From the NCBI GenBank assembly GCA_040954595.2, contig CM082581.2:14085921-14149920 (forward strand): a DNA stretch of 64,000 nucleotides. The letters run 5' to 3'. Under the pieces are notes generated by a model, which worked only from the letters and a program-made list of their open reading frames with translations, was not told the DNA's origin and ran no database searches. The stretch is from Balanoglossus misakiensis. Lineage: Eukaryota > Animalia > Hemichordata. Position numbers and translations under genes: made by a program. This document shows, piece after piece, positions 25,106-38,100 of this stretch (the first letter of the stretch is position 1; each line of letters begins with the position of its first letter).

Positions 25106-26141
25106 GTTCGCTTGTGCATTCAAGTTCAGCTAACGATCTCGGCTGGACTTCGACAATTAACATCAGGCGTTCCTCTCGCACCACAAATGACGCGCCAGTC
25201 AAGTGAAATAATAATGTCGTTGACCTTTCCGCAGCAATTTTGCATTCTCAAAACCCAAATAGTACACATGATACCCAACTACTGCAACCTCGGGGCATGC
25301 GGTTACCATGGTTACCATGGAAAGTATAGAATATGTAATATCTCTACGTTACTTATATTAGGTGTCTTTAATCATCCTTTATCATTCCTTTTGTGGAATA
25401 ATGCAATGAGCCTCGATACCTTTAATGTTCGGAAGTATTCAGAATGTATAATACTCTTCTAAAGGATGATTAAACTGGACAAAGTGGATGCGGTAACTGT
25501 TTTCACTCACATTTTCAAATCCTGTCACCACATATACATATCATGAAAAAGTGCAGGTAGCCCTCTCTTATGATGCAGCTGGAGGCATGGTCTAGCTTTC
25601 CTACATGCCACAGGTTTCCAAAAGAGATTATTCACCAAATGCTGCATGTCAATCTTCACGCGATTTTACAGGAAGTTCAACATGCCGCTCATGTTTGTGG
25701 GGCGCTTGTATTGAATGTAGTGAAAAAGGATTGTAACTTAACATCATTAGGTGTCACTGAAAATAAGAAATAGATGTCATAGTTATTAGAATCGTTTTAA
25801 CTCAACGACCACTGTCTCGAAGACATCGAATGTGTCGGCCGCGATCGATTTTTTTTCGTGAGCAGCCATGCCGACAAAGACTTTCGTATTGACTATGCGA
25901 GATATTTTAAGCAGACAATCCAGCGTTCAGTCGGATAGGGAAAGTTGTCTACTTAAATACAGAAGGTTCAAAGAGGGGTCCCCCTAAGAATCATGATATT
26001 GGAAACATCATTCGGGAGCTTAGCTATATGAATATTATTGCTGTGTGTGATTTTCACGTACAGTTTGCATGGGATTTTATTTTGAACTTTACAAATTTAG
26101 CTTCAATCTGTGTTCACACCAGGAGCTAAATGTTGTATCAG

Positions 26142-26145
<4 letters not shown>

Positions 26146-26172
<27 letters not shown>
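26146..26172. repeat. (TG)13 microsatellite
   Basis: Directly visible. Confidence 0.95.
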
Positions 26173-29100
26173 CTTCCTGCTTATTTGCTGTCAGAACTCA
26201 AAGACTAAAGACTACAAGTAAACATCCTAAGCATCAACATGTCCTTTAAATAATACTAAAGCTGGTACATTTGAAGGGTTTTCTTGATTTTTAGCTTGAT
26301 GAGTAATGACAATTCCTTGTGGAATGTACAAACGTACAGGTTATTGGATTATTTCAGTAATGAACCCAAAAGAGTAAAAAAAACATAATCTCCAGAATAA
26401 CAAATCACTCGCGGAGTCTAGGTAAATATTGACGACGCTATAGATTTCATGACATTGATAGATGTGTAACTTAGAGCGCCCATATAGCGGTGTTTTTCAT
26501 ACATAGATGTATGATTGTAATTTAGAAGAAGATTAGCCTGGGTTATTTTACTGTGCTCACGAAGCCTGAGATCATGTAATGGTGGCTTATAATACATGTA
26601 CACTGTTTCTAAGTTCGAGAGTAGAAAGTTCTGTGATTCATCCGGAAATTTTGCGAATGATGCATATGTTCAAAGAAACTCTGGTCTTAGTTGGAAGAAA
26701 AAGAAGGAAAAATGTAACAAAACACGGTAGTTTTTGAAACTAAAATTAGTATCTAAAAATAGCTGTTAAAACATTAATTTGCGTGAAATTAACTGACTCT
26801 GATCAATCAATGTAATTTACATTAAAAAGATAGGTATAAAAAAGAAAAGTTGACGTTCTCTTACGAAAGATACAATACTGGGGATGTCATTCGAATAATT
26901 TGTTGTGTGTTTGGAAGCTCGCGCGGTCGATTACCGGCGATTTGTAAGGTTTGTATAAAACATTACGTGTGCACGTAATTTAATCTAAAAGCATTCCATC
27001 ATGTTTAGGACGTCTTTGATTAATCTCGGAATAATAAGTAGAAATGAACAAGTGGTGCTTAATTTGATACTGCCTTAAAGTTTACGACCTGGCAGATTGT
27101 TATGCTTGTTGGAAAATTAGTTATTATGGCTCGCAAGGGATGGCAGATCGATCTATTAGGACTATCAGGCGAGCAATTTAAATTGTTAACATGCACTGGA
27201 CAACATTTCACAATATTCAATGTAATGCATTTTACCAGGTGTTTTTAACTACAGAGTTGCATTGTGGGAAACACACCAGCAGTCTTGGGGTAAATAGGTG
27301 TAATTCATTACAAATTGAATGAGATTGTGACCGCGTCGGTGCTCTCATAAATGCCGAGAAACGCTCTGCCGCGAAAGTAAAATTCCCCAAAGTCATTTAC
27401 GTGAAGTTAAGTGCATCCATTATTTATTGCGAGATTTCGGTGAAAGGCGATTTGCATTTTGCTGGTCTTTCACACGAGTGAAGTACGATCAGCGCGTGGA
27501 AAGGAGGTCAAAGTTCGGCTTACAAAAATGGAGGCAACTTTGCGTGATGTGTTGAGTTTAAAACATGACGCCCATCCTCTAACTGTAGAATGGAGGAGCT
27601 TTGTTCGCCACACCCTTTCTCTATCTGATGTGTTCAACTGCAGGCCTGAACCCTTAAAATGTTTACGATCATCCTAAAACAAAATGAACGTGAAAGATTG
27701 TTGGCGGGCGTTTCGTATGCAAATGCTTTTACAGTAACTTTTATTTGCTAACGTTTGTTACTTCCTGTGTTGGGTGACCACGGGGATAACACTAAAATAA
27801 AACTTTGTTCCTGCTTTAAGTGTAGTTCAAAAGAAAGCAAAGTTCAAATGTACGACAACCACTGGCACTGGATGTAGTTTTGTGCTGCAAGTTTCTTTTG
27901 TCAAGAGATACATACATCATTTTCAATACCAAATTGTATTGCTCAATTACCATAGAACAGTTGTTATGCATCAATCTTGCGAGAAGCATATGTTTGCACA
28001 AACAAAGCATAAAAAGTTTGCCCCCGTCCACCATCCATCTCCCTCGAACCAGTTGATCATGTACTGAGTGTATCTTAGCACCACCGTGTCAAAATACAGC
28101 GACGCGTTCATTGAAACTATTTATAGGTGATTAGAAAATGTTTGCGATGTGACAAGGTGAGGTGCTGCGACTTCTATGGCGTTGAAAACGTCACTGATTC
28201 TGTATGTCGCTTTCCCTTCACATTGGCCCGTCAAACCACATTTTCACACATGTTTGAAGATTCTGAGAGTATTCCATGGGCAAAGGACACAACCTCGGAC
28301 AAAACAAACAACCAGTTGACATTTTCCAAGCTTGCAGAATACATGTATCCATAGGCTTTCTATTCGCATTCACTTGGAACTGAGAGCACCGTTATCTTTT
28401 TCTTGAAAATCAGATATTTTAATTTACATGTGCTAATCGGTTAACTTCGCAGTAAAGATTATCATGTCAACTTTACAAGTACTTTGCATTCAAAGGTGAA
28501 AACTCAAAGTTGCTTTTTCTCATAGCAGGTTATTTCTACAGGTTACTTTGTACATATGTAATCGGGCCAACTGTATTTAATGCCGCGCAGTAATTACCAA
28601 TATTCCTTGTATTCACATACCTGACGGCTATTTCTAATCTCTTATTGGCCCTGTAATGCCAGATACAGCTATTAACAATGACAAATGAACCCAATCTAAG
28701 CGCGCGGGTCTTACACACAACTGGCCGCCCTATTTTTACCCAAACTGCATGGTTAGAGCCCCTCAGCGTAGTTAGAGGCGGCCTATTTAAGTGCAAATCG
28801 ATTCCACTTCTAACCCCATTGCCTTTTGAATACTGCAACAAGACAACGATTACCGGCGTAATTTCGAGAATAAAGAATGGGCAACGATGATCGGCCGTCT
28901 CCCCTCCGACCTACATAAATTCCCGGATAATAAAACGCATGGTGTGGTACAAGTTCTTGATTGAGTGCATCGCTAGATTTCACCCTGTGAGCGTCTTAAC
29001 AGTAAACTCACAAACATTTTACTGCAATCGTTTTAAAACCCCAGCACTTTCATTGACAAGATCAGGGATTTGTTTGTTTGAGGGACGAAATTGAATGGCT

Positions 29101-32100
29101 CGGCGTAAATTATAGGAAAAAGCAATTTGAGATGTTATAAAACATTAACGCGATCTGATACAATATTGATGGACTGCACACTCAAGCTCAGGAATGAAAA
29201 GTAAAAACAGGCGAACTAAAACTGTGATGTGTGAGTCAATCTCTGTAACGTTCCGCTTCTTTCGAACTTATTTCAAATTCATTCGATCGTTCATCGTTTT
29301 TGAGGCTTTCCTAAAGAGTCTCGTAAAAGAAGTTTCCCAAAGGAGATGTTTTGTTGACGTCTATAAACGGACTTCTTCTTTGATTAAGTTGTAAAATCGC
29401 ACAGGGTAAAATAACCCGTGTTAACTTCAAAGTTCGTTTAAAGCTGACAATTATCCCGCAACGAAAATTAGAGCGATAATTCGCAAATGTTTGTCATTTC
29501 TATTTCGAAGTTGACAGGTTCATTCGAAGTAGCTATATGGGACTGTCACAAGGTTTGACGTATACGGTCACGTATGCAAATTTAATCACTGTTACCATGG
29601 AAAATCTAATTATAGCCAATCACAGATTTTTAGTGGGTGGCACACATGAAAAGTGCTTCTAAGCGGAAAAACCTATCACGTGATGATAACACCGGTGTCA
29701 GGTTCAGGAATGTGTATCAATTTGACCTTGTGACATTTCCACAAATCACACATTTTACGACCAATTTCACGGAATTAAGGTTTATCAAATATTTTATTGC
29801 AGTCGATATTTCATCTACCACGGTTTATATTTTTGATATCAATTAATGAACTATAAAAAAAGAACACCTACTCTTTAATTTGCGGTTAATTTTGTTCAGT
29901 AATTTTTGTTGTCCGTTAATAATCACAGTCAGAATCGTTTTTACAAAATAATAAACATTCACTGCTTACGATTTAACGCCTTCCCGAAACAGGCAGCAAA
30001 ATTTGTATCTATCTTCAGTTCAGAATGTGCCGTGAAACCTTAAACCCCTAAATAAGCGGACTTTTCAGATTTCAAAGCTGAGATCTGATGTAGTAAAACT
30101 CTAAAAACTTTAACTCTCTTTTCTGCAACGGCAACAAAAGACATTTCACAAAACTGAAACTATCCCAAACGCGCAAATACAGATTTTGCAGTCTTAAGGT
30201 TCATTTCAGTTTGTTGCACGTCCGCTTTCAGCGATAATATATCATTGCCGGGGAATAGCAGGTATATTCATCATCCGTATTTATTGCTTTCACAAATGAT
30301 TTATGCCCAGGCGAGTTAAGTAGATGTATGGGTCACCATTTTCCTGTAAGTTGGCGAACATTTCCTCTGCCTTCTATGCGATTAAATTGCCAATAATCGC
30401 AGCAATAAATGTGACTGACAGGTGCGATATTACAAGGAACAAACGAATATGTCTTCAAAGGGATCATTGATAGGAAAAAAACTAACATATTGGTGAGCAC
30501 CCAGCAGCCTTAAGTGCACGCACTCGAAAAATTGTGTTGTTAGTGAGGTAATTTGCGTTTAACAGATTACAGGTTTTACGAATTACAAACGACTTATACT
30601 GTTGCGAAACTATCAGCACTTTCATCAGCGCCATCTATCAATACATGTAAAGAACTTTAATATGCAAACTGCGGTCTTTATGCGGCGATAAACACGCCGT
30701 CTCATTCGCCTGCTGGAATGAGTTTTTCTCTAAACCCTGTCCGAATACAGAGAAATTCATATATGCGGGGACAGTTTTATTTTCATATTTGACCCACAGG
30801 GATTGCATATGAGTTCAGAAATTCTTACGTGCGGACAAACCTCGCTTGTCATTTCTGATACAATACCGGGTAATTGGAAGTATTTCTACCCACTTAGACT
30901 TTTATCATAAAATATACGAAGTCAAGCACGTCCATTTCTGACCCCAATACGAATTTTGTCATTCCAATTCTGCGTTTTATTTCTTCCACAAAGAAACTGA
31001 CTTGGCATTCAATTTTACAGACCGCAGTTGAGGCTTTCAAGGCGCCATCGGAGAGCGATTTAATCAAAATGTTCCTGGCAGGTGGCGAACTTCGAAAATT
31101 AAAACGCAACCCTCAGCTCTTGTTTTTCCACAAAGTCTGGACTGTGCGTTTAAGTATGATTCTAACAATGTATCTACTTGATGAAGATTGTGTAATTGCC
31201 AACAATGGTGCATAATTGTACGGACTCCAAAGCAGCAATAAGTCGCTTCGATGTCGTTTTTGTGCAAAAGTAGTATAAGATGTGCGTGCACAATCTAGCA
31301 GCCATGTTGGTTATAAACAAAGTAAAACTTTGTCAATCAATGTGCACTTGAAAACAACGCACAGACGATCATGACTTTTACTTTTAACTCTTTTTTCACT
31401 TTATTGTGGAGTTTCTGTGGAGTCTGCCACATCATTCTGTCACTCACTTCGAAAGTACACTGTATAAAATGAGTGTGCTCCTTGCTTGGGACCATAACAG
31501 AAAAGGCGTGACGACATTGCATGCACACAAGTCAGAGAAAATGTCTGGCGCCCAGTGCGGAACTAGTAAATCGTCACGTTCATAAGGATATGGCAAACTG
31601 CGATTTGGTAGCCGTCTCATCTGGTGGATCTAATAAAACACATGTTTAAGACATGAAAAGTTTTATTTCAACCATTCGTAGATTTTACAGCGGAAACAGT
31701 ACAAATATACCCGCCAAGCATTTTCAGTAAAAATCTAATCCACAGTAGCATATGACTACAGTTGGATCGTTCAATACATGGCGAGTTTTGTTCGGAATCG
31801 CAATAAAATATTCCAATTAATTCACTTGATAAGTGGAGTTTATTTGATTTTCTCTTCTGATTTCGTGCTAATATAAAGTTCAGTGACATGATTAATTTTA
31901 ACAAACCAAACGCCGCTTCACCAAATAACCTGGGGCGATCGTTTTGCTACTGAAACAAAAACACATCTGCGACTCGCATTTTTATTACAATTACAATAAC
32001 TTTTATATTTTACCTTTCTGTATTCCCATTTTCAGATATTGGAGGTATGCAGTGGTGTAAGGATTCTCATCTGTGGCAAAGCCTAACTGCGCTGTGACTT

Positions 32101-35100
32101 GGATATGTTCTGGTATGGGCGTTTTTGATTTCTTTTCACAAAATCTGTTCTTTTAATGTACTTGCCTCTCACATACAGTGTATGTCACTAAGTTTGACCC
32201 CGCACGTTTTGCCAGTAAACTTTCATTACCGTTACTTACACACCAATAAATCGAACAATTTAGAAATATGATGAGATCATGATTTTATCTGACGCCATGT
32301 ATCAATGGGGGATCTCGGAAATGGCTTCATATCGTTCAGAACGGCTGAAGTGTCATAAAGTTTATGCAAGTAAAATACAAACAAGAGGATGTTTTTATCT
32401 CTGAAAGACACTTTTTAGGTCTGAAAGACTTGCGACTCAGGAATGCGATGTGTGTAATGTTCACTCCTTTGATAAACACACACATTCGGACTTCGTCACA
32501 TTCTATTATTGACCAAATTGGCCAAATATGACAAGAAACCCAAGCTTCAAATTTCATCTAAATTTTAAACGTGAATATTCATTTTTCTGCCAAAATGTTC
32601 TTTATCAATGTTGATCATTGCAATCTTCGAAATCATTGTGGTGATATGTGCGACTAATTTCTTGTTTTACCTAGAAGTGATTTAACTCCGATCCCAGTTG
32701 ATCTTATTGTTTGCTACGAGAACGCCATCCACGCGTTGTGATATTAGAGTTCGGCGAGAGACTGACTCCGCAAGATAGTTAAAATGCTTTTTATTGATTT
32801 TTTGCAATTGTAAAGCTTATAAAAGTTAACAACAACTGTTCTTGAACCACTTCCGCCTTATTCTTAAAAGATACCGCGGCGCTTTCATGTTTGCAAAGGG
32901 ATATGGAATCAAATTCGAGTACACAAATCAGTTTATGTGTGGGAATAATTGAAAGCGGCCATAACATTGGTAATCCGCCACAAAAACAGGAAGGTAATAC
33001 TACATAAAATAAATTAAGGATAGCAGCGCATGGGATTACTTTCTGTAGAGAGAAAAAAACAAGTCATTTAAAAGTAATATAACGTCATGACGTCACAACC
33101 ACAGGTGTAGAACAGTCCGGACAGGGTGGCAACTTGCACAGATAGTTTTACACTTCTGACAAAGCAATTGAACTCATGGTTTAAAAATGCATGTGAATGC
33201 TTTTGAATTACACTACTGAACGCTATGAAGGATATCTACGTAAATGACTTAGCAATATGAGCTGTGAACTGACATACGGGGCTTGAAGAAGTTAATAGTA
33301 CCTCAGATCGGTAGTAGGCCTTTAATTGTTGTCTTGTATTAAATTACCCCAGTAAAAGTTAACAGCATAATTTGCGAGCTTTCTTCTGAATATTGATCAC
33401 TAGACATTAAAGTATGATCGGTTTCATAATGGTTATCGACATTATAAAAATGTATGACAGTGAGTATATAAGAACGTGTTCCACATTATCAAACATGCCG
33501 AGTGCTTACCAGAAACAATAAAACATATGCAAACGCTATAACTCTCGTGTGGAAGAGTACAGCTGCTTTTTCACCACGTTTTAATTAAGATTGGGGTGAC
33601 TACCTATCGGTCTACCTACAATGAAAAGACGGACCACTCTATCGTCCTGCAATCGCTGATTGGCCATAGATCTCCTTGTCCTTTTACACACAAGCAAATA
33701 ATTTTGTCATAGCATGCTCACAGCTTCAACAAGTTCAGTTGGTACAGTGCCGCCATTTTTATGCAATTTCACATTTCATGATTCAGTTATGGCCTGTCAC
33801 TGTTCATCTAAATGACATCACCAGACGTATTCCCGCCATGCTTTTCGACACCTCGTCAGGAATTACATTTCATCCTTTGGTACCTTCAGTGAACATCCTG
33901 AAATTGAAAAATAAACATATTGTCAAGAAACCACATTTTTTAAAGTTTCATATCGTTCGGAGATAGAGGGTGTGAATTTTTCATTGGTATAAGCTCCCAG
34001 TATAAGCTGCACATTAAAGCGTAACCACATCTAGTGAAAGAGGGTTACAGTTACCTTTAGACAGCTTAAAATAGATCAAAGAGGATTCGCAGAAGTATGG
34101 AATGTGCATTTATTTTCTGGGATGACCGACGGTGTGAAGGTTCTACATAAGTCACGTGACTCTCGTCTCACAGGCGCCTGAAGTACCAGCGTCTTGTCTT
34201 TCTTTGTCGGTTCCATTATACTTCCACTCGACCCTCATAATTGCTGCGGCCAACTGCTAGCTGTTTTGATTTATATCAAATCATACTTCAAAGTGTCTAA
34301 ATATTAAATTAAATTGACAGGGCAGTAAACGATTCCGTTGGTGAAGTTTATAACGAAGAGCGCATCCCGAGAGCTCTGCACTGTGGCGTCACTGCGGCAC
34401 CTTCACTGAAATCTGACTGGTATTCACAGAAGAGAGAGACGTCGATTCCTCCTATCATGGTAAGCTTTACCATTCTATGTAGTTATCTCAAATATGAGGA
34501 AATGGGGTGATACACTTTTTTCTGAAATATTCCCAAGAGTCGGATCGAACTTACTCTCTTGTAATAGTGATTCAATTATCCTAAGTGAAAAGGCATGTCA
34601 ACTGAACATTAACACTCGACTTCAACTCGCCTGTATACATACTGTTGATACAACAGTGGTGCTGTTTTGGTTACGCGTATCTGTGACCACGCATATTGTG
34701 TGTGTAGTTGGGGGGTGTTTAACCGTACGGGCTTTGTGTTTTCGTGTGATAACGAACATATATTTCTAAGGTGTATGGCGACAAACGTTTTCGTGTTCAT
34801 TTTGTAACTTTCTACTGGAGCAACCAGTGACAGTAAAGTTCTAATTTCTGATGCAAGGCATGTCTGCCCACGAAAGCAAAGATAGGCAAGATGTTATCAC
34901 GTAACAAATGGCGCCCGTATCCATGGAGTCTAATAGATTCTTTTCAAGAATCTAACTTTATGAATAAGGTATAGCAGATTACATTCAACCCGTTTTTAAT
35001 CTACAAAAAAGGTAGCGATAGTTTATGCAACATCTCTCAAATCAAAAAAAGTAATTTTTACATTGGCATTTACCAAAAGCATGTAAAATCCAAGTGGTTC

Positions 35101-38100
35101 AGGTGTATGAGCAGCTGAAGCGTACAGTTTTACCGTACGCCGGGGTCTGTTAGAGTGTCAAACACAGCAATCACACTTGACCTCAGAACAAAATAGTACT
35201 TACTGCCAAACGCGTGGGGTGTGTCATAAGCATCCAACGATGCAATACTTCATGGTTTCAGGGTTTGAGAGTTGAATGTAATATAAGCACTCACTTATGT
35301 TTTTATTATTTAACAAGGATTACGATTAAGCATTATGCATGAATAAAAACTTTCATCAATTCTCGCATGTGCTGACGAGGTACAATGCAACTGGGTCAGA
35401 TTCAGAGTCTGTCATTTCCCACCATGATTCGTGACACTGATTGATGGGAACGATTTCTACACATGGAATATGTAGTATTCGCATGGCCAAACACCCTACC
35501 GATCAAATATCGACTTGGTCGCTACAACTGCAGCGGCGGGAAAATGATGTAGCAGGTTATATACGGTCGGGTAGTAATGGTATCCATGGCAATCGTTAAT
35601 GTCAGGGTGAGTTATTTCAAAAATCAATGTTTGGAGAAAGTGTAGTCCATAAGTAATTATGACCACTTTGATTTTGTTCACGTTCAATCTATCAATATAA
35701 AACCAAATAGTTTTTGTCAAACAAATTCGTTCTTATACACGCCCAACGAAGTACCGATGGTATACTATTGCTGTATTTGGCACTGTGCATATTTTTCGCG
35801 AATACCTTAACCATATGCTTGTTGGATGAAATGCGTATCTAAGGCTTTGCCTACTTCCTTTAACACAAGATCAGGATATATTTAAGTCACTGCACTGTCA
35901 TAACTGATTAAAATATTTTGTGGTTGCAGGAGTGTAAGATGGAATTCATTGAGGATTTTCGATAGCTATTCGAAATTGTTTATTCCATAAAGCTTATTAT
36001 ACACGGGCGTAGGCTAAGTTGGGAAAGAACGTTCCATCCCACTGCACGCCTTTCTGGTTTTATTTGTAATACAGCCAAGCGAGGAATTATAGCCCATGCG
36101 TTTGTCGAGAAGACATGTTCATCCCTCTTAAATCACCCTGACCTATATATAAATCAGTCACTCTTTTGTGATTCTGTCGGGCTTCTTGACGAAATGATTG
36201 CATTTACTTACATAAAAGAATTATACTATGTGGGAGCTAGGGGGAAACCAATGGAATGGCAGTCTGACAGGGTGTTATTTGCTCTCCATGAGAACAAATG
36301 TGTTGACCCCTGAAGGGAAAAAAAATGAGGCAGGTTAATATCAGGTAATAACTTAGTCTATATGTGCATTAACACTTCTGGTGTGGAGTCTGCATTATTT
36401 AATCAGCTGGATGCCACTTTAGTTATCACAGACATGCAGAGGCACATTAGTAATGGATATCTATGCATGCATGGCTGCCTTTAAGGTGGTGCTTTATTCC
36501 CAGGGATCACCACACTCCACAGATAAGGGGTTGATTCCCTTTTGTTTGTCAGATAGAGAACGCACACATGTAACGTCTAAATCGGTACACGCACTCCAGT
36601 TTGTTGCCCGCGGCCACAGAGCGATACTTCGAGTCCCCCAGCGCACAAATGAACATTCCCAGATACTTGTCCACTGTTACTTTTGAGCGTTGATAACAAG
36701 CAATGTGGACACATGAAGAAAGCACGCGGGTTTCATCAGTTTAAGTATTTCAAATTCCAAGGCACTCAGATCGACCACACTGACTATTTAAGCCTGGGCA
36801 CTGCTGCTTCGGGGCAATCAATACTTATTCAAAGCAAATCACAACGTTAGAAGAATCATTCTGATGAAGTGCTGTCTTCTGTTTTTAAATTGATGTCCCG
36901 CTTTCATCGCAATTGACGTGAAGGCTCTGTAACAAGCATTGCTGGGATCAATTAACCCGTTATATTTCGGCAGAATCAAATGCTCCTGATACAGACCAGT
37001 ATTCTTTGCTATTAAGGCATTTCCCTTGATAGTGTGCATATAGCAGGTTATTAGCTTCAGATCTTAACTTCCACATCAAATTTCATCTTCTGGTGTCAAT
37101 CTTTTAGGCTCATAGCAAATGTCTTTCGAGACAACACAATGGGCCCAGTTCGTTATCGTCAAATCATATAGTATGCAACTACTGTGCAGTCGTGAAATGA
37201 TCTCACGTGACGTATGCGCGTCTTTTTGCAGCAGCAATGCTTGCACGCATTGAAATCATTTTGATTCAAAACTGAATGCATGGAAGTCGAATGCACTTTT
37301 GGTATTTGGTTCGTTCGCGACACAGGACAAACAACACGTGGCCCATCGTGTTAAACGGCACAAAAGTTACAATTTTTGTGGAACTCTCCACCTATTCTAG
37401 ATTCATACAAAGTTTGACTTATAATACTTGGCTAGCAACCCGTTACTATGGTAATTCTCTAACACTACAACTGAATATCACACTATACTGTCGTGACACA
37501 CAGAAATTAGGCCAGATCGTTAATATAATTCAGAGAAATGATGTCGCAAATAGCTTATGGTATGCCATATGGAGAAAGCATATATTTTCTAGAATAATAT
37601 TCGAAATAGGTTATGTCATACTGTATATGATATGAATGAAACCAATATTGACAAGACATCTGCGTATATATTAAGATAATTTTATTACATTTTTGCCCAT
37701 TTTCATCCTCTTATATATTTACTTTAATCTTCATTTTAAAGCCGGAAATAATTACATACATGTAAAATTGAAAATCCTGAGTCTACAATACATAATGCTG
37801 AAAAAAACTGTTCCTTCATAAAAAAGTTTACAACGCCTGTGTTCATTTTTTCATCTGAGATACATTGGTTATGGCTTCAAACCCACCATTAAGCTCATAG
37901 GAAACTGGACTAAGCAAATGTCACTGAGCTTTACATTCCGACGACAGACACCTAGGGACGTGCAAATTCATTAAACTATGGGCCTTAATGTATAGACTTG
38001 TTTCTGAAATCTGTAAACACAGGGGAATTGAGTTTGTAGATGAGTAGTCACCTAACACAAATCACTTTAGAAGAAAATCAGTAAAGGAATTGATTGCCTT

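Noticed and set aside
31073-31090. CTCF-like words (CTGGCAGGTGGCG here; also near 50137 and 58772)
   Set aside because: Each has two or more mismatches in the CCASYAGRKGGCR core and cannot be distinguished from chance without a matrix scan or ChIP.
35776-35830. TTTGGCACTGTGCATATTTTT resembles miR-96 (TTTGGCACTAGCACATTTTTGC)
   Set aside because: It has several differences from a highly conserved mature sequence, the putative star arm pairs only weakly (mostly G-U, large bulge), and no miR-183 or miR-182 neighbours were seen.
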